This document shows, one piece after another, positions 9,786-18,342 of a stretch of DNA of 64,000 nt. The DNA is from a bacterium (GTDB lineage Bacteria > UBA8248 > JACPRG01 > G963555815), in contig OZ244653.1 of assembly GCA_965218795.1 (NCBI GenBank), forward strand, positions 4,928,001 to 4,992,000, given 5' to 3'. Both the position numbers and the translations under genes were made by a program. The notes under the pieces are model-generated. The model saw only the letters and a list, made by a program, of their open reading frames with translations, was not told the origin of the DNA and ran no database searches. Every line of letters starts with the position of its first letter. Positions within the stretch are counted from its first letter, which is position 1.

Positions 9786-11153
9786 ATGACAGAGACAGTG
9801 AAATACCTCCTGTCGGAGGAGGAAATTCCGAAGCAGTGGTATAACATCGCCGCCGATTTGCCGGAGCCGCTCCCCCCGCCCCTGCATCCCGGCACCGGCC
9901 AGCCCATCGGCCCTGACGACTTGGCCCCCCTCTTTCCGATGTCACTCATCGGGCAGGAGGTCAGCGCGGATCGGGAAATCGAAATTCCCGAAGAGGTGCG
10001 ACGCGTCTATCGCCAGTGGCGGCCGTCTCCGATGTATCGGGCGCGCCGACTGGAGCGTGCCCTGGATACACCGGCGAGGATTTTTTACAAATACGAAGGC
10101 GTGAGCCCGAGCGGCAGCCACAAGACCAACACCGCGATTGCCCAGGCGTATTACAACAAGGAAGCCGGGGTCAAGCGTCTGACTACCGAGACGGGCGCGG
10201 GCCAGTGGGGCTCGGCGATCGCCTTTGCAGGAGCCCTGTTCGGTCTCGAAGTCGATGTTTATATGGTCAGGATCAGCTACGATCAGAAGCCCTATCGCCG
10301 CGCCATCATGGAAGCCTATGGCGCGAGGTGCGTGCCGAGCCCGAGCGAGGAAACGGAGTCGGGCCGCGCCATCCTGGCAGAGGATCCCGGCAGCCTGGGC
10401 AGCCTGGGGATGGCCATCAGCGAGGCAGTGGAGCTGGCCGCGGCGCGAGACGACACCAAGTACTCCCTGGGCAGCGTCCTCAACCACGTGCTGCTTCACC
10501 AGACGATCATCGGCCTGGAGGCCTTGAAGCAGTTCGAGCTCGCCGACGATTATCCCGATATGATCGTGGCCTGCACCGGCGGCGGCAGCAATTTCGCCGG
10601 CCTCGTGCTTCCTTTCCTCGGCGAGAAGCTGCGCGGCGGGAAAGACGTGCGCCCGATCGCCGTCGAGCCCGCGGCCTGTCCGACCCTGACCAAAGGAAAC
10701 CTCGCCTACGATTTCGGCGACACGGCGCACCTGACTCCGCTCGTCAAGATGTACACGCTGGGTTCGACCTTCGTGCCGGGGGGATTCCATGCGGGGGGCC
10801 TGCGCTATCACGGCATGGCCCCGATCATCAGCCATCTGCACAGCCTCGGCCTCATCGAGTCCCGGGCCTGCCACCAGACCGAATGCTTTGCCGCGGGGGT
10901 GGAGTTCGCGCGAGCGGAGGGCATCCTCCCCGGACCGGAGGCCAATCACGCTATCAAGGTGGCTCTCGACGAAGCGGCCCGCTGCAAGGAGGAAGGCGTC
11001 AGCCGGTCGATTCTGATCAACATCAGCGGGCATGGGCATTTCGACATGCAGGGCTACGCGGATTATTTCGCCGGCAAGGTGGCCGACGAGTCTTATGACG
11101 AAGCCGAGTTGGCTATGGCCCTGTCGGGCCTTCCGTCTCTCGGTGGGAACTGA
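9786..11153 (+). CDS. trpB2: TrpB2, stand-alone tryptophan synthase beta-like PLP enzyme
   Basis: [17 protein letters not shown] (PLP Lys), [40 protein letters not shown]; AAGGAGG RBS. Confidence 0.93.
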   Translation: MTETVKYLLSEEEIPKQWYNIAADLPEPLPPPLHPGTGQPIGPDDLAPLFPMSLIGQEVSADREIEIPEEVRRVYRQWRPSPMYRARRLERALDTPARIFYKYEGVSPSGSHKTNTAIAQAYYNKEAGVKRLTTETGAGQWGSAIAFAGALFGLEVDVYMVRISYDQKPYRRAIMEAYGARCVPSPSEETESGRAILAEDPGSLGSLGMAISEAVELAAARDDTKYSLGSVLNHVLLHQTIIGLEALKQFELADDYPDMIVACTGGGSNFAGLVLPFLGEKLRGGKDVRPIAVEPAACPTLTKGNLAYDFGDTAHLTPLVKMYTLGSTFVPGGFHAGGLRYHGMAPIISHLHSLGLIESRACHQTECFAAGVEFARAEGILPGPEANHAIKVALDEAARCKEEGVSRSILINISGHGHFDMQGYADYFAGKVADESYDEAELAMALSGLPSLGGN

Positions 11154-11297
11154 TTCTGCGCGAGAACAATCCAATCGGATCATCCGGGTCGAACTTCCGA
11201 GGGCTGATGATCATGGCGGGGACGGATCGCTGAAAGGATGTTGAACATGCAATCCCGGACCGCCGCAAGGCCGGGATCAGAATGAAGGGGAGAGGGC

Positions 11298-12365
11298 ATG
11301 ATCAAGCCATACACCTGCGTCGGGCTGATTCCGACGGTGCGCGGCATTCGCAAGCGCGCTGACATCATGAACAACATCGAACACCTTTCGCATCTGGTGA
11401 AGGCGGCCGCGTGGCTGTCCAGCCTGGATATCCCCGTGCGTCTCATCGCCTATCCCGAGGGCGCGCTCCAGGGGTTCAACGATGAAGTGCTCGACATGGA
11501 CCACGTTCAGTTTGCGCGGGAATGCGCCATCGACGTCCCGGGGGAAGAGACGGAAGCGCTGGGAAAGATCGCGCGGGAGTACGATTCGTACATCATAGCC
11601 CAGGCCAAGGCGCGCCATCCCGACCTGAAGGACCGGTTTTTCAACGTGGGGTTCATCCTGGACCCGAAGGGGGAGGTGATCCTGGTCCATTACAAGGTAT
11701 CACCGCTGTTCCCGGTGGAGCATTCGGTCTGCCCCCATGACATCTACGACTGGTGGGTGGAGAAGTACGGCAACAACCTGGATGCCTTCTGGCCGGTCGT
11801 GGACACCGAAATTGGCCGGATGGGGATCATGATGGCCAACGAAGGATCCTATCCCGAGAACGCCCGGGCCCTGGCGATGAACGGGGCGGAGGTCGTCTAC
11901 CGGGCTTCGTATCCGCACCCGGCGACCGGCAACGAAATTTTCGAGATCCAAAGCCGCGCCCGTGCGCTCGACAACAACATGTACATCGTCGCGCCCAACA
12001 TGGGCACGTATTATTTGTTCCCGGAAGAAGACACCCCCATCGACACCTTCGGCGGGCGCTCCTACATCATTAATTACAAGGGACAGATCGTCGGCAAGCA
12101 GGAGTACGGTGCGGGCTCCACCTACGTCGCCGGGGTGATCGACATTGAGGCCATGCGCGACCACCGCGCCCGGTCCCAGTGGAACAACTGGATGAAAGAC
12201 CTCCGGACCGAGCTCTATCAGATCCTGTACGAACAACCCATCTATCCGAAGAACCTGTACCTCGACCGTGAACCCATGAAGCACGCCGAGTACCGGGAAA
12301 AGGTCATCCAGCGCCAGATCGAGCTGATGCACGAGCGGGACATCTGGGTGAAGCCGGATCGGTAG
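11298..12365 (+). CDS. Nitrilase-superfamily carbon-nitrogen hydrolase lacking the canonical nucleophilic Cys
   Basis: AYPEG (Glu), FFNVGFILDPKGEVILVHYK (Lys), GRMGIMMANEGSYPE, RARALDNNMY. Confidence 0.85.
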   Translation: MIKPYTCVGLIPTVRGIRKRADIMNNIEHLSHLVKAAAWLSSLDIPVRLIAYPEGALQGFNDEVLDMDHVQFARECAIDVPGEETEALGKIAREYDSYIIAQAKARHPDLKDRFFNVGFILDPKGEVILVHYKVSPLFPVEHSVCPHDIYDWWVEKYGNNLDAFWPVVDTEIGRMGIMMANEGSYPENARALAMNGAEVVYRASYPHPATGNEIFEIQSRARALDNNMYIVAPNMGTYYLFPEEDTPIDTFGGRSYIINYKGQIVGKQEYGAGSTYVAGVIDIEAMRDHRARSQWNNWMKDLRTELYQILYEQPIYPKNLYLDREPMKHAEYREKVIQRQIELMHERDIWVKPDR

Positions 12366-12378
12366 ACGAGGAAGGAGT

Positions 12379-13380
12379 GTGCGAATGACGATGAATGCGA
12401 TGGTTATCGAGGAGATTGGCGGCCCGGAGGCCTTCAAGCGGGCCGAGGTGGCCCGGCCCGAACTGCGGCCCGGACACGTGGTGATCCGCGTGGAGGCAAC
12501 CAGCGTCAATCCTCTGGATTGCAAGCTGCGGAGCCTGCCGCTCCCGTTTTCGCCCGAACTCCCGGCCGTCCTCCACGGTGACGTCGCTGGCGTCGTGGAA
12601 GAAGTCGGGGAGGGGGTGACGGGGGTACGGGTCGGGGATGAGGTGTACGCCTGCGCGGGAGGGCTGGGCGGTTACAGCGGCGCTCTGGCCGAGTACATGC
12701 TGGCCGACGCGGCGTTTGTGGCCCACAAACCGAAATCGATCGGTATGGCGGAGGCCGCGGCGCTTCCGCTCGTCGTGCTCACCGCTTGGGAATCGCTGTT
12801 CGATCGGGCCGGGATCCGGGCGGGGGACAAGGTCCTCATCCACGGCGGCACCGGGGGCGTCGGTCACGTGGCCGTCCAGTTGGCCAGGAACACGGGCGCG
12901 AAGGTCATCGCTACGGCGGGCTCGGAAGAGAAGATGGCGATGGCCCGGGATCTGGGCGCGGATGGCGCCGTCAATTATAAAGAGCAGAGCGTCGCCGATT
13001 ACGTCGGCGTCCATACCGGCGGAGAAGGATTTGACATGGTCCTGGACACCGTGGGCGGCGAAAACCTTGAAAAGTGTTTTGACGCATCGCGCGTGTTGGG
13101 AACTGTTGTCACCATCGCGGGAGGCGGACCGCACGACCTGTCGCTCATGCAGGCCAAGTCGCTCACGCTGCATGTCGAGTCCATGCTCGTCCCACTCTTC
13201 CGGGGCGTCGGACGGGAAGCCCAGGGGCGGATCCTGCGGGAAACCGCCAAGCTGGTCGACGACGGAAAATTGAAACCCCTGGTCGATCCGAAGACGTTCA
13301 CCTTCGAACACGTGGGCGAGGCCCACCGGCATCTGGAATCCGGAAAGGCAGTCGGAAAAGTCGTCCTGACCCAACATTAG
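12379..13380 (+). CDS. MDR-family NADPH:quinone oxidoreductase-like protein
   Basis: SVNPLD, LHGDVAG, VLIHGGTGGVG, GKVVL. Confidence 0.9.
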   Translation: MRMTMNAMVIEEIGGPEAFKRAEVARPELRPGHVVIRVEATSVNPLDCKLRSLPLPFSPELPAVLHGDVAGVVEEVGEGVTGVRVGDEVYACAGGLGGYSGALAEYMLADAAFVAHKPKSIGMAEAAALPLVVLTAWESLFDRAGIRAGDKVLIHGGTGGVGHVAVQLARNTGAKVIATAGSEEKMAMARDLGADGAVNYKEQSVADYVGVHTGGEGFDMVLDTVGGENLEKCFDASRVLGTVVTIAGGGPHDLSLMQAKSLTLHVESMLVPLFRGVGREAQGRILRETAKLVDDGKLKPLVDPKTFTFEHVGEAHRHLESGKAVGKVVLTQH

Positions 13381-13502
13381 GATCATTCGCCCCCCGGACC
13401 ATGAATCCGAAGGGTGCGAATGGAACCGGAACCGCAGCGAGCCTCGAACGCGCTCTCCTCACAGCAGCGGGCGGAGACAACGGCAACGCCGGCGGGTTGA
13501 CC

Positions 13503-14036
13503 TTAGAAACGTTTTTCCCCTGGATGGATTGACGAGAGGAGTCCGCGCATGGTCTCCGGCAAATCCGGGGCTTCTTGGAGACGCCGGAGCGACTCCTCGC
13601 CCAAGGCCGCCAGAACGGATTCGGCGATCATCTCCCGAGGCGCCGCCAAGTGATCCTTCCCGGCATAATTCCATAACCGGCAGTTCACACTATCCCCGCA
13701 CCCGTTGAGACATCCGCAGGCCTCACACCGGCTCTCGCCCCAGTCGGGCTGAATGTCCCGCCCGTCCATCCGAATCGTCGGCGAGATGGAAAGTTCCAAT
13801 TCCCGAGCCTGCGCTTCGGAGCGTACATGAATCTTCCTGACTTCAACGTCAACCCCGGCGGAAGCGAGGGCGGGCGATAGGTCCGCCAAGCATTTTCCCA
13901 GATTTTCGTGGGTATCGCGGCAGCGTGTACACACCGTCAAATCGGCGTAGAGAAATTCGATGGATAGTTTTCTCCGCCGGGCGCCGTGCCCTGAGATTGT
14001 CGATGGCTGATCTGCGTTGAAATTGCGTTCCGACAT
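13503..14036 (-). CDS. DUF2703-type Cys-rich thioredoxin-fold protein
   Basis: YADLTVCTRCRDT, SPTIRMDGRDI, CEACGC...C...VNCRLW. Confidence 0.75.
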   Translation of the reverse strand: MSERNFNADQPSTISGHGARRRKLSIEFLYADLTVCTRCRDTHENLGKCLADLSPALASAGVDVEVRKIHVRSEAQARELELSISPTIRMDGRDIQPDWGESRCEACGCLNGCGDSVNCRLWNYAGKDHLAAPREMIAESVLAALGEESLRRLQEAPDLPETMRGLLSSIHPGEKRF

Positions 14037-14082
14037 GAGAACCTCCTTTGGTGAGCCGATGGTTACCGGGCTTTTTCACTCA

Positions 14083-14110
14083 TAGACGGAGGTTCTGAAA
14101 AAAGGACGCA
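14083..14110 (-). promoter_or_regulatory. Putative ECF (SigZ-dependent) promoter for the DUF2703 gene
   Basis: Minus strand TGCGTC-N16-CGTCTA immediately after sigZ; CGTC is a typical ECF -10 core. Confidence 0.5.
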
Positions 14111-14116
14111 AAATGA

Positions 14117-14680
14117 TTAGACGGGGGGATTACAAGCGCAGCGATTGGAGGCCTTCTGGCGGTAATCGACGACATTTCCATATGTGTCGAATTGGTACTC
14201 GCAACATTCCCTGAGCCGTTCCCTCAGTAGTTCCCGTCCCCGCTGAATCCTGGATTTTGCCCCCGACAGTGAAAGGCCCAGTCGTCTCGCCGTCTCCTTC
14301 TGCGTCAAACCCTGATGTTCGGCGAGGAGAAGGGCTGTTCGATACTTTTCCGGCAGGCGGACGGTGAAGGATTTGAGGCAGGAGGCGATTTCCCGATTGA
14401 AGTTGATTTCCGACGGCTCATCCGAATGGGCGGGGAGAGAATCCGTCAAGCCGGGTACGTCTCTCCGTTGCCGGATGGAATCAACAATCGCGTTCCGCGT
14501 GATCTGAAACAGCCAGGGTTCGAGCGCGGATGGGTCTTTGAGCTGCCCGATACCGGCGTGGAGCTTGGCGAACACCTCTTGGAGGAGATCGTCGGCTTCG
14601 GTTTCGCTCCGGATCGATTTCAGGATAAAGGCCCTGAGCCGGCCGCTGAACTCCCTCCAGAGCTTCTCAGTCGTTTCCAT
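14117..14680 (-). CDS. sigZ: ECF RNA polymerase sigma factor, SigZ family
   Basis: ADDLLQEVF, WLFQITRNAIVD, SLSGAKSRIQRGR, C-terminal ECC...DTYGN. Confidence 0.88.
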   Translation of the reverse strand: METTEKLWREFSGRLRAFILKSIRSETEADDLLQEVFAKLHAGIGQLKDPSALEPWLFQITRNAIVDSIRQRRDVPGLTDSLPAHSDEPSEINFNREIASCLKSFTVRLPEKYRTALLLAEHQGLTQKETARRLGLSLSGAKSRIQRGRELLRERLRECCEYQFDTYGNVVDYRQKASNRCACNPPV

Positions 14681-14848
14681 CGGAGGCGACTCCAGATTTC
14701 GTCTATAAGAAACTAGCGTTCGTCACATCAGATTTCAATATTGTCGGGGCATCCGGGAGGTATTCGGTTCAAGCCCACCCGGTTCGGGGCCGGACGAAGC
14801 CGACTGAATCACGGGATCTAAGGACCGGATAAAAGGGATGACTTGCCT

Positions 14849-14911
14849 CGACAGGTCGACGGGAGCTGGCTCATCGTGATCGACAATCCCTCGGGCGCAG
14901 CAATTCTCGGC
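14849..14911 (+). pseudogene. Remnant C-terminus of a SnoaL/YybH (NTF2-like) protein
   Basis: RQVDGSWLIVIDNPSG resembles the conserved RQxDGxWxxxIDNP tail; no upstream gene body. Confidence 0.45.
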
Positions 14912-14949
14912 TGGTGGGTGGAATCTGTCCGGCGGGGATTGCGAACGGC

Positions 14950-16119
14950 TTACAACGCGACGGCCGTCTTCGATTCCCTCCGGAAGTGAGGGATCACCTC
15001 CTTGGCGAAAATCTCCAGGTTCTTGAAGGTCAGCCCCTTGGGCATGCCGCCGAAATGCATCAGCGCGACGAGAAGGCCGACCCCCGCTTCCCGCTCGAAT
15101 TCCTTCAGCCGGTCGCGAACCGTGGTCGCGCTCCCGATGATGATAGTTCCGTTTTCCTGAAGCGCGCGGGCGTCGAACTGGTCCTTGTTCATCAATTCAC
15201 GGAGGGCGATCACCTTGGTCATGGATTTCTCGGTGAGGTAGCCCGGCGGGAAAAATTGGTGGAAGGGCCGCTTCAGGAGCCTGTTGAAAAGGAACTCGAC
15301 GTGCGGCCCGGCCTCCTTCCATGCCTGCTCATCCGTCTCGGCCGCGTACACGGGGAGCGAGACTCCCAGCGCATCCGGCGGTGCCTCATACCCGAACGTT
15401 TCCGCCTGCTCCTTGTATTCCCCGAGGATCCGCTTCACGGTTTTCAGCGGGCTGAACACCTGCATGTAGGGATACCGGCGTTCCGCCGCGAATTCGATCG
15501 TCTCCGGACTTCCCGAAGAAGGCAGCCAGATCGGCGGATGAGGTTGCTGGTAAGGACGCGGCCAGGGATTCACGTATCGGAACTGATAGTGCCGGCCGTC
15601 GAAAGCGAAGGGGCCCGGCTCCGTCCAGGCCCGCACGATGAGGTCGTGGGCCTCGTAGAAGCGATCCCTGGAGGTGGTCGGGTCCATGCTGAAGGCAGTG
15701 TATTCATCGCCGACGCCTCGAACGAACCCGGAGATGATCCGGCCCTTCGTGATCACGTCGAGCATCGCCACTTCCTCCGCCACCCGGAGGGGATGGTTTC
15801 GAAGGCAGATGGCATTGCCCAGAATGGCGATCTTGGCCTGGGAGGTCCTCCGCGCCAGGGCGGCGGCCATGATGTTGGGGGCCGGCATGGTTCCGTAGCA
15901 GGTCTGGTGATGCTCGTTCACGCAGATTCCGTCATAACCCAACTCGTCGGCCCGCTCGAACGAATCCAGGTATTCATGGTAGAGATCGTGCCCCGTGTCG
16001 GGATCGTAGAGCGCGTTCGGGATGGTCGCCCAGGAAGTCCCGTAGGTCTCCAGATAATCCGCGGGCAGGTCTCGGTAAGGCATCAAATGGAAAAAGTAGA
16101 AGAGCATGGGATGGTTCAA
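14950..16119 (-). CDS. LLM-class flavin-dependent monooxygenase
   Basis: GYDGICVNEHH, PLRVAEEVAMLD, GRIISGFVRG, PRPYQQPHPPIW. Confidence 0.92.
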   Translation of the reverse strand: MNHPMLFYFFHLMPYRDLPADYLETYGTSWATIPNALYDPDTGHDLYHEYLDSFERADELGYDGICVNEHHQTCYGTMPAPNIMAAALARRTSQAKIAILGNAICLRNHPLRVAEEVAMLDVITKGRIISGFVRGVGDEYTAFSMDPTTSRDRFYEAHDLIVRAWTEPGPFAFDGRHYQFRYVNPWPRPYQQPHPPIWLPSSGSPETIEFAAERRYPYMQVFSPLKTVKRILGEYKEQAETFGYEAPPDALGVSLPVYAAETDEQAWKEAGPHVEFLFNRLLKRPFHQFFPPGYLTEKSMTKVIALRELMNKDQFDARALQENGTIIIGSATTVRDRLKEFEREAGVGLLVALMHFGGMPKGLTFKNLEIFAKEVIPHFRRESKTAVAL

Positions 16120-16306
16120 GGGCCGGGGGTAGCCGGAAGGAACCTGTCCCTCCAGCGGGAAGGTCCAGGTAAAGACATTGAGGACATTGACGCCCGGGAA
16201 AACCCAAAAGTCAAGTCGCCCGCCGGGGAAACGTGAACTTCAGCGCGGGGGGTGGGGGTTGGGATTTGAATGAGTGTCTGCGTCCGGCTCGGATAAGACT
16301 GAGGAT

Positions 16307-17650
16307 TCAGTTCGAGGGTGCGGCCGCCGGATTGACCTCTTTCCCGTCTTCATCCTCCACAATCCACCGGACGGACTTGGAGCACGGACAGGCCCCGCCG
16401 ACGTGCTTCAGGACGGGCGACTTCCGGATGGCCCCTTCGACCTCGATCTCTCCGGCCTCCACCTGCTTCACAAGGTCGAAGTAGAATTTGAACTCGAACC
16501 CGGCGAGATAGGCGTCTGGAAGGACCTTGACCAGATGCTTTCCGTAAGCGTCGCTGTCGGAGAGCGGTTCACCCTCGATGCCGTGCCTCTGGAAGGCATA
16601 CAGGCCGCGGCGGCGGTTGAATTTCGGATCCGGCAGGTGGATCAGGTCTTCCCAGGTGACGCCCTGGACCGGCTCCCGATACGTCAAGACCTTTTCAACG
16701 AGCGTTTCGGCCCCGTCAGCCGGAAGTTTCGGATTCTTGGCACGGACGTACCGAACATTGAGATCCCCGACCAGCTTCTCGACCTCTTCGATGTATCGTT
16801 GCTGGGCTTCGGCGTTATTCATGTCCTTCAGGCCCATTCGAAGGTTGCTGCCGCCGCCTTTTTCGTGGCCGAACATATCGAGGCCCAGCGGGAACCACTT
16901 GTAGAACACCTTCTGGAGGGCCGGAATCGTTGTATAAATCGCGCCTTGAGCCGCCTGCGTCACCCATCGGCGCAGCGGGACGACGCCCGCGGCCAAGTGG
17001 AACGCCTCTTCCTGAAGCATAGGGGGCATGCTCGCGGCGAACGGCTTGTAGGAGCAGACTTTCTGCATGGTGAGCTGATACTTCCCCACCCGATCAATCA
17101 ATGCGGCGAAGACGACGTTGTCCAGGAACGAATCATAACGGACATTGAAGGCGCCGAGCACGTGATTGCCGGTCTCCATCGAGAGGATTTCCTCGATATA
17201 TTCATCCGCCTTGTTCTTGGAGACCCCGCTCCAATCGTCATCGACGAGCATGGAGAACATCTGGTAGCCATGCCGGAGCTCCTCGGCCATGACGCGCAAC
17301 ACCCAGAAACGGTCCTCGTCGCTCTGGGCGCGGGCAAGGGTTTCCTGGTGCTGCTGGATAGAGCCGAACTCGGTGCTCGCCTGGGCCCGGAGAATATGAA
17401 GCAGGGCGCCCGCGAGCTTCTCGTCCATGTCACAGGCCTTCTCGAACTTCGATTGGCCTTGATGGTCGCCGGACAGGATCTCTTTCGGGATGTTGGGGTC
17501 GCGGTATGCGCAAAGAGCGAACTTGTCGTCGCGGGGGAAGTGTTTCTCCCAGTTCCCCAAGAGGAGATCGAAATCGGGCAGGAACTTCTCCCCCCATCGC
17601 ACAACCGCTTCATGATATTTCTTCGGCATCGTTGACTTCGGAAAGTTCAT
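16307..17650 (-). CDS. BoxB/PaaA-like di-iron aromatic-CoA epoxidase oxygenase subunit
   Basis: QASTE, EELRHG, LGAFN, DRVGKYQL, EEAFH, LDMFG, LPDPKFNRRRG. Confidence 0.8.
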   Translation of the reverse strand: MNFPKSTMPKKYHEAVVRWGEKFLPDFDLLLGNWEKHFPRDDKFALCAYRDPNIPKEILSGDHQGQSKFEKACDMDEKLAGALLHILRAQASTEFGSIQQHQETLARAQSDEDRFWVLRVMAEELRHGYQMFSMLVDDDWSGVSKNKADEYIEEILSMETGNHVLGAFNVRYDSFLDNVVFAALIDRVGKYQLTMQKVCSYKPFAASMPPMLQEEAFHLAAGVVPLRRWVTQAAQGAIYTTIPALQKVFYKWFPLGLDMFGHEKGGGSNLRMGLKDMNNAEAQQRYIEEVEKLVGDLNVRYVRAKNPKLPADGAETLVEKVLTYREPVQGVTWEDLIHLPDPKFNRRRGLYAFQRHGIEGEPLSDSDAYGKHLVKVLPDAYLAGFEFKFYFDLVKQVEAGEIEVEGAIRKSPVLKHVGGACPCSKSVRWIVEDEDGKEVNPAAAPSN

Positions 17651-17719
17651 TCCCGGATGTCCTCAGCGTTTCGAGGGCTTCAACCTTTCGTCCAGAACGT
17701 CGGCCGGTTGAACGGTCAT

Positions 17720-18166
17720 TCAGTCCAGGGTCTTCTCGAGGGGTTCAATGGGCGACTCGGAAAAGCCCAACGCCTTGAAGAACTTGATGATCTCCTTGCT
17801 TTCGACGTTGACCAATGTATGGACCTTCTTGACGCCGCGCGACTGGAAATGAGCGAAGATGGCATCGGCCAGCTTCCGGCCGATGGATTGCCCCTGGTGG
17901 GCGGGGTCGATGCCCATGATCTCCACCCAGCCGGTAGGCTCATCCAACCCGAAATCGCCGGATCGGATGTCCCCTAGCATAAACCCTACGACCTTCCCGT
18001 CAACTTCCGCCACCTGAGACGTCCCCGGGTCTCGCCGGATATAATAGATTGCGCGGCTATCCCATTCTTCGGGCCGGTACGCACCCGTGACTTTTTCATC
18101 GATCCTCGCCAGACTGGCGATATCCAGCTCATCCAGAGGCCGGACCTTGACGGTCGCGTCGGCCAT
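17720..18166 (-). CDS. GNAT N-acetyltransferase
   Basis: VAEVDGKVVGF, IDPAHQGQSIGRKL acetyl-CoA motif, FFKALGF. Confidence 0.9.
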   Translation of the reverse strand: MADATVKVRPLDELDIASLARIDEKVTGAYRPEEWDSRAIYYIRRDPGTSQVAEVDGKVVGFMLGDIRSGDFGLDEPTGWVEIMGIDPAHQGQSIGRKLADAIFAHFQSRGVKKVHTLVNVESKEIIKFFKALGFSESPIEPLEKTLD

Positions 18167-18342
18167 GAGATGGCTCTCCTTGCTCCAGATCTATCCCGGA
18201 AGCCGCCATGAATCATCGGGCTCCCCAGGAGGAATACGGAATCATATGGCAAAATTGTAATATGTCAATAGTTTCCTATTATCGCAAGGAGAAAATGATA
18301 CCGATGGCTGGATCCCTCGGCCTGTTTCACCTGATGGCGGCG

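Noticed and set aside
14745-14800. tRNA-like GGTTCAAGCCC
   Set aside because: No cloverleaf, acceptor stem or CCA could be built.
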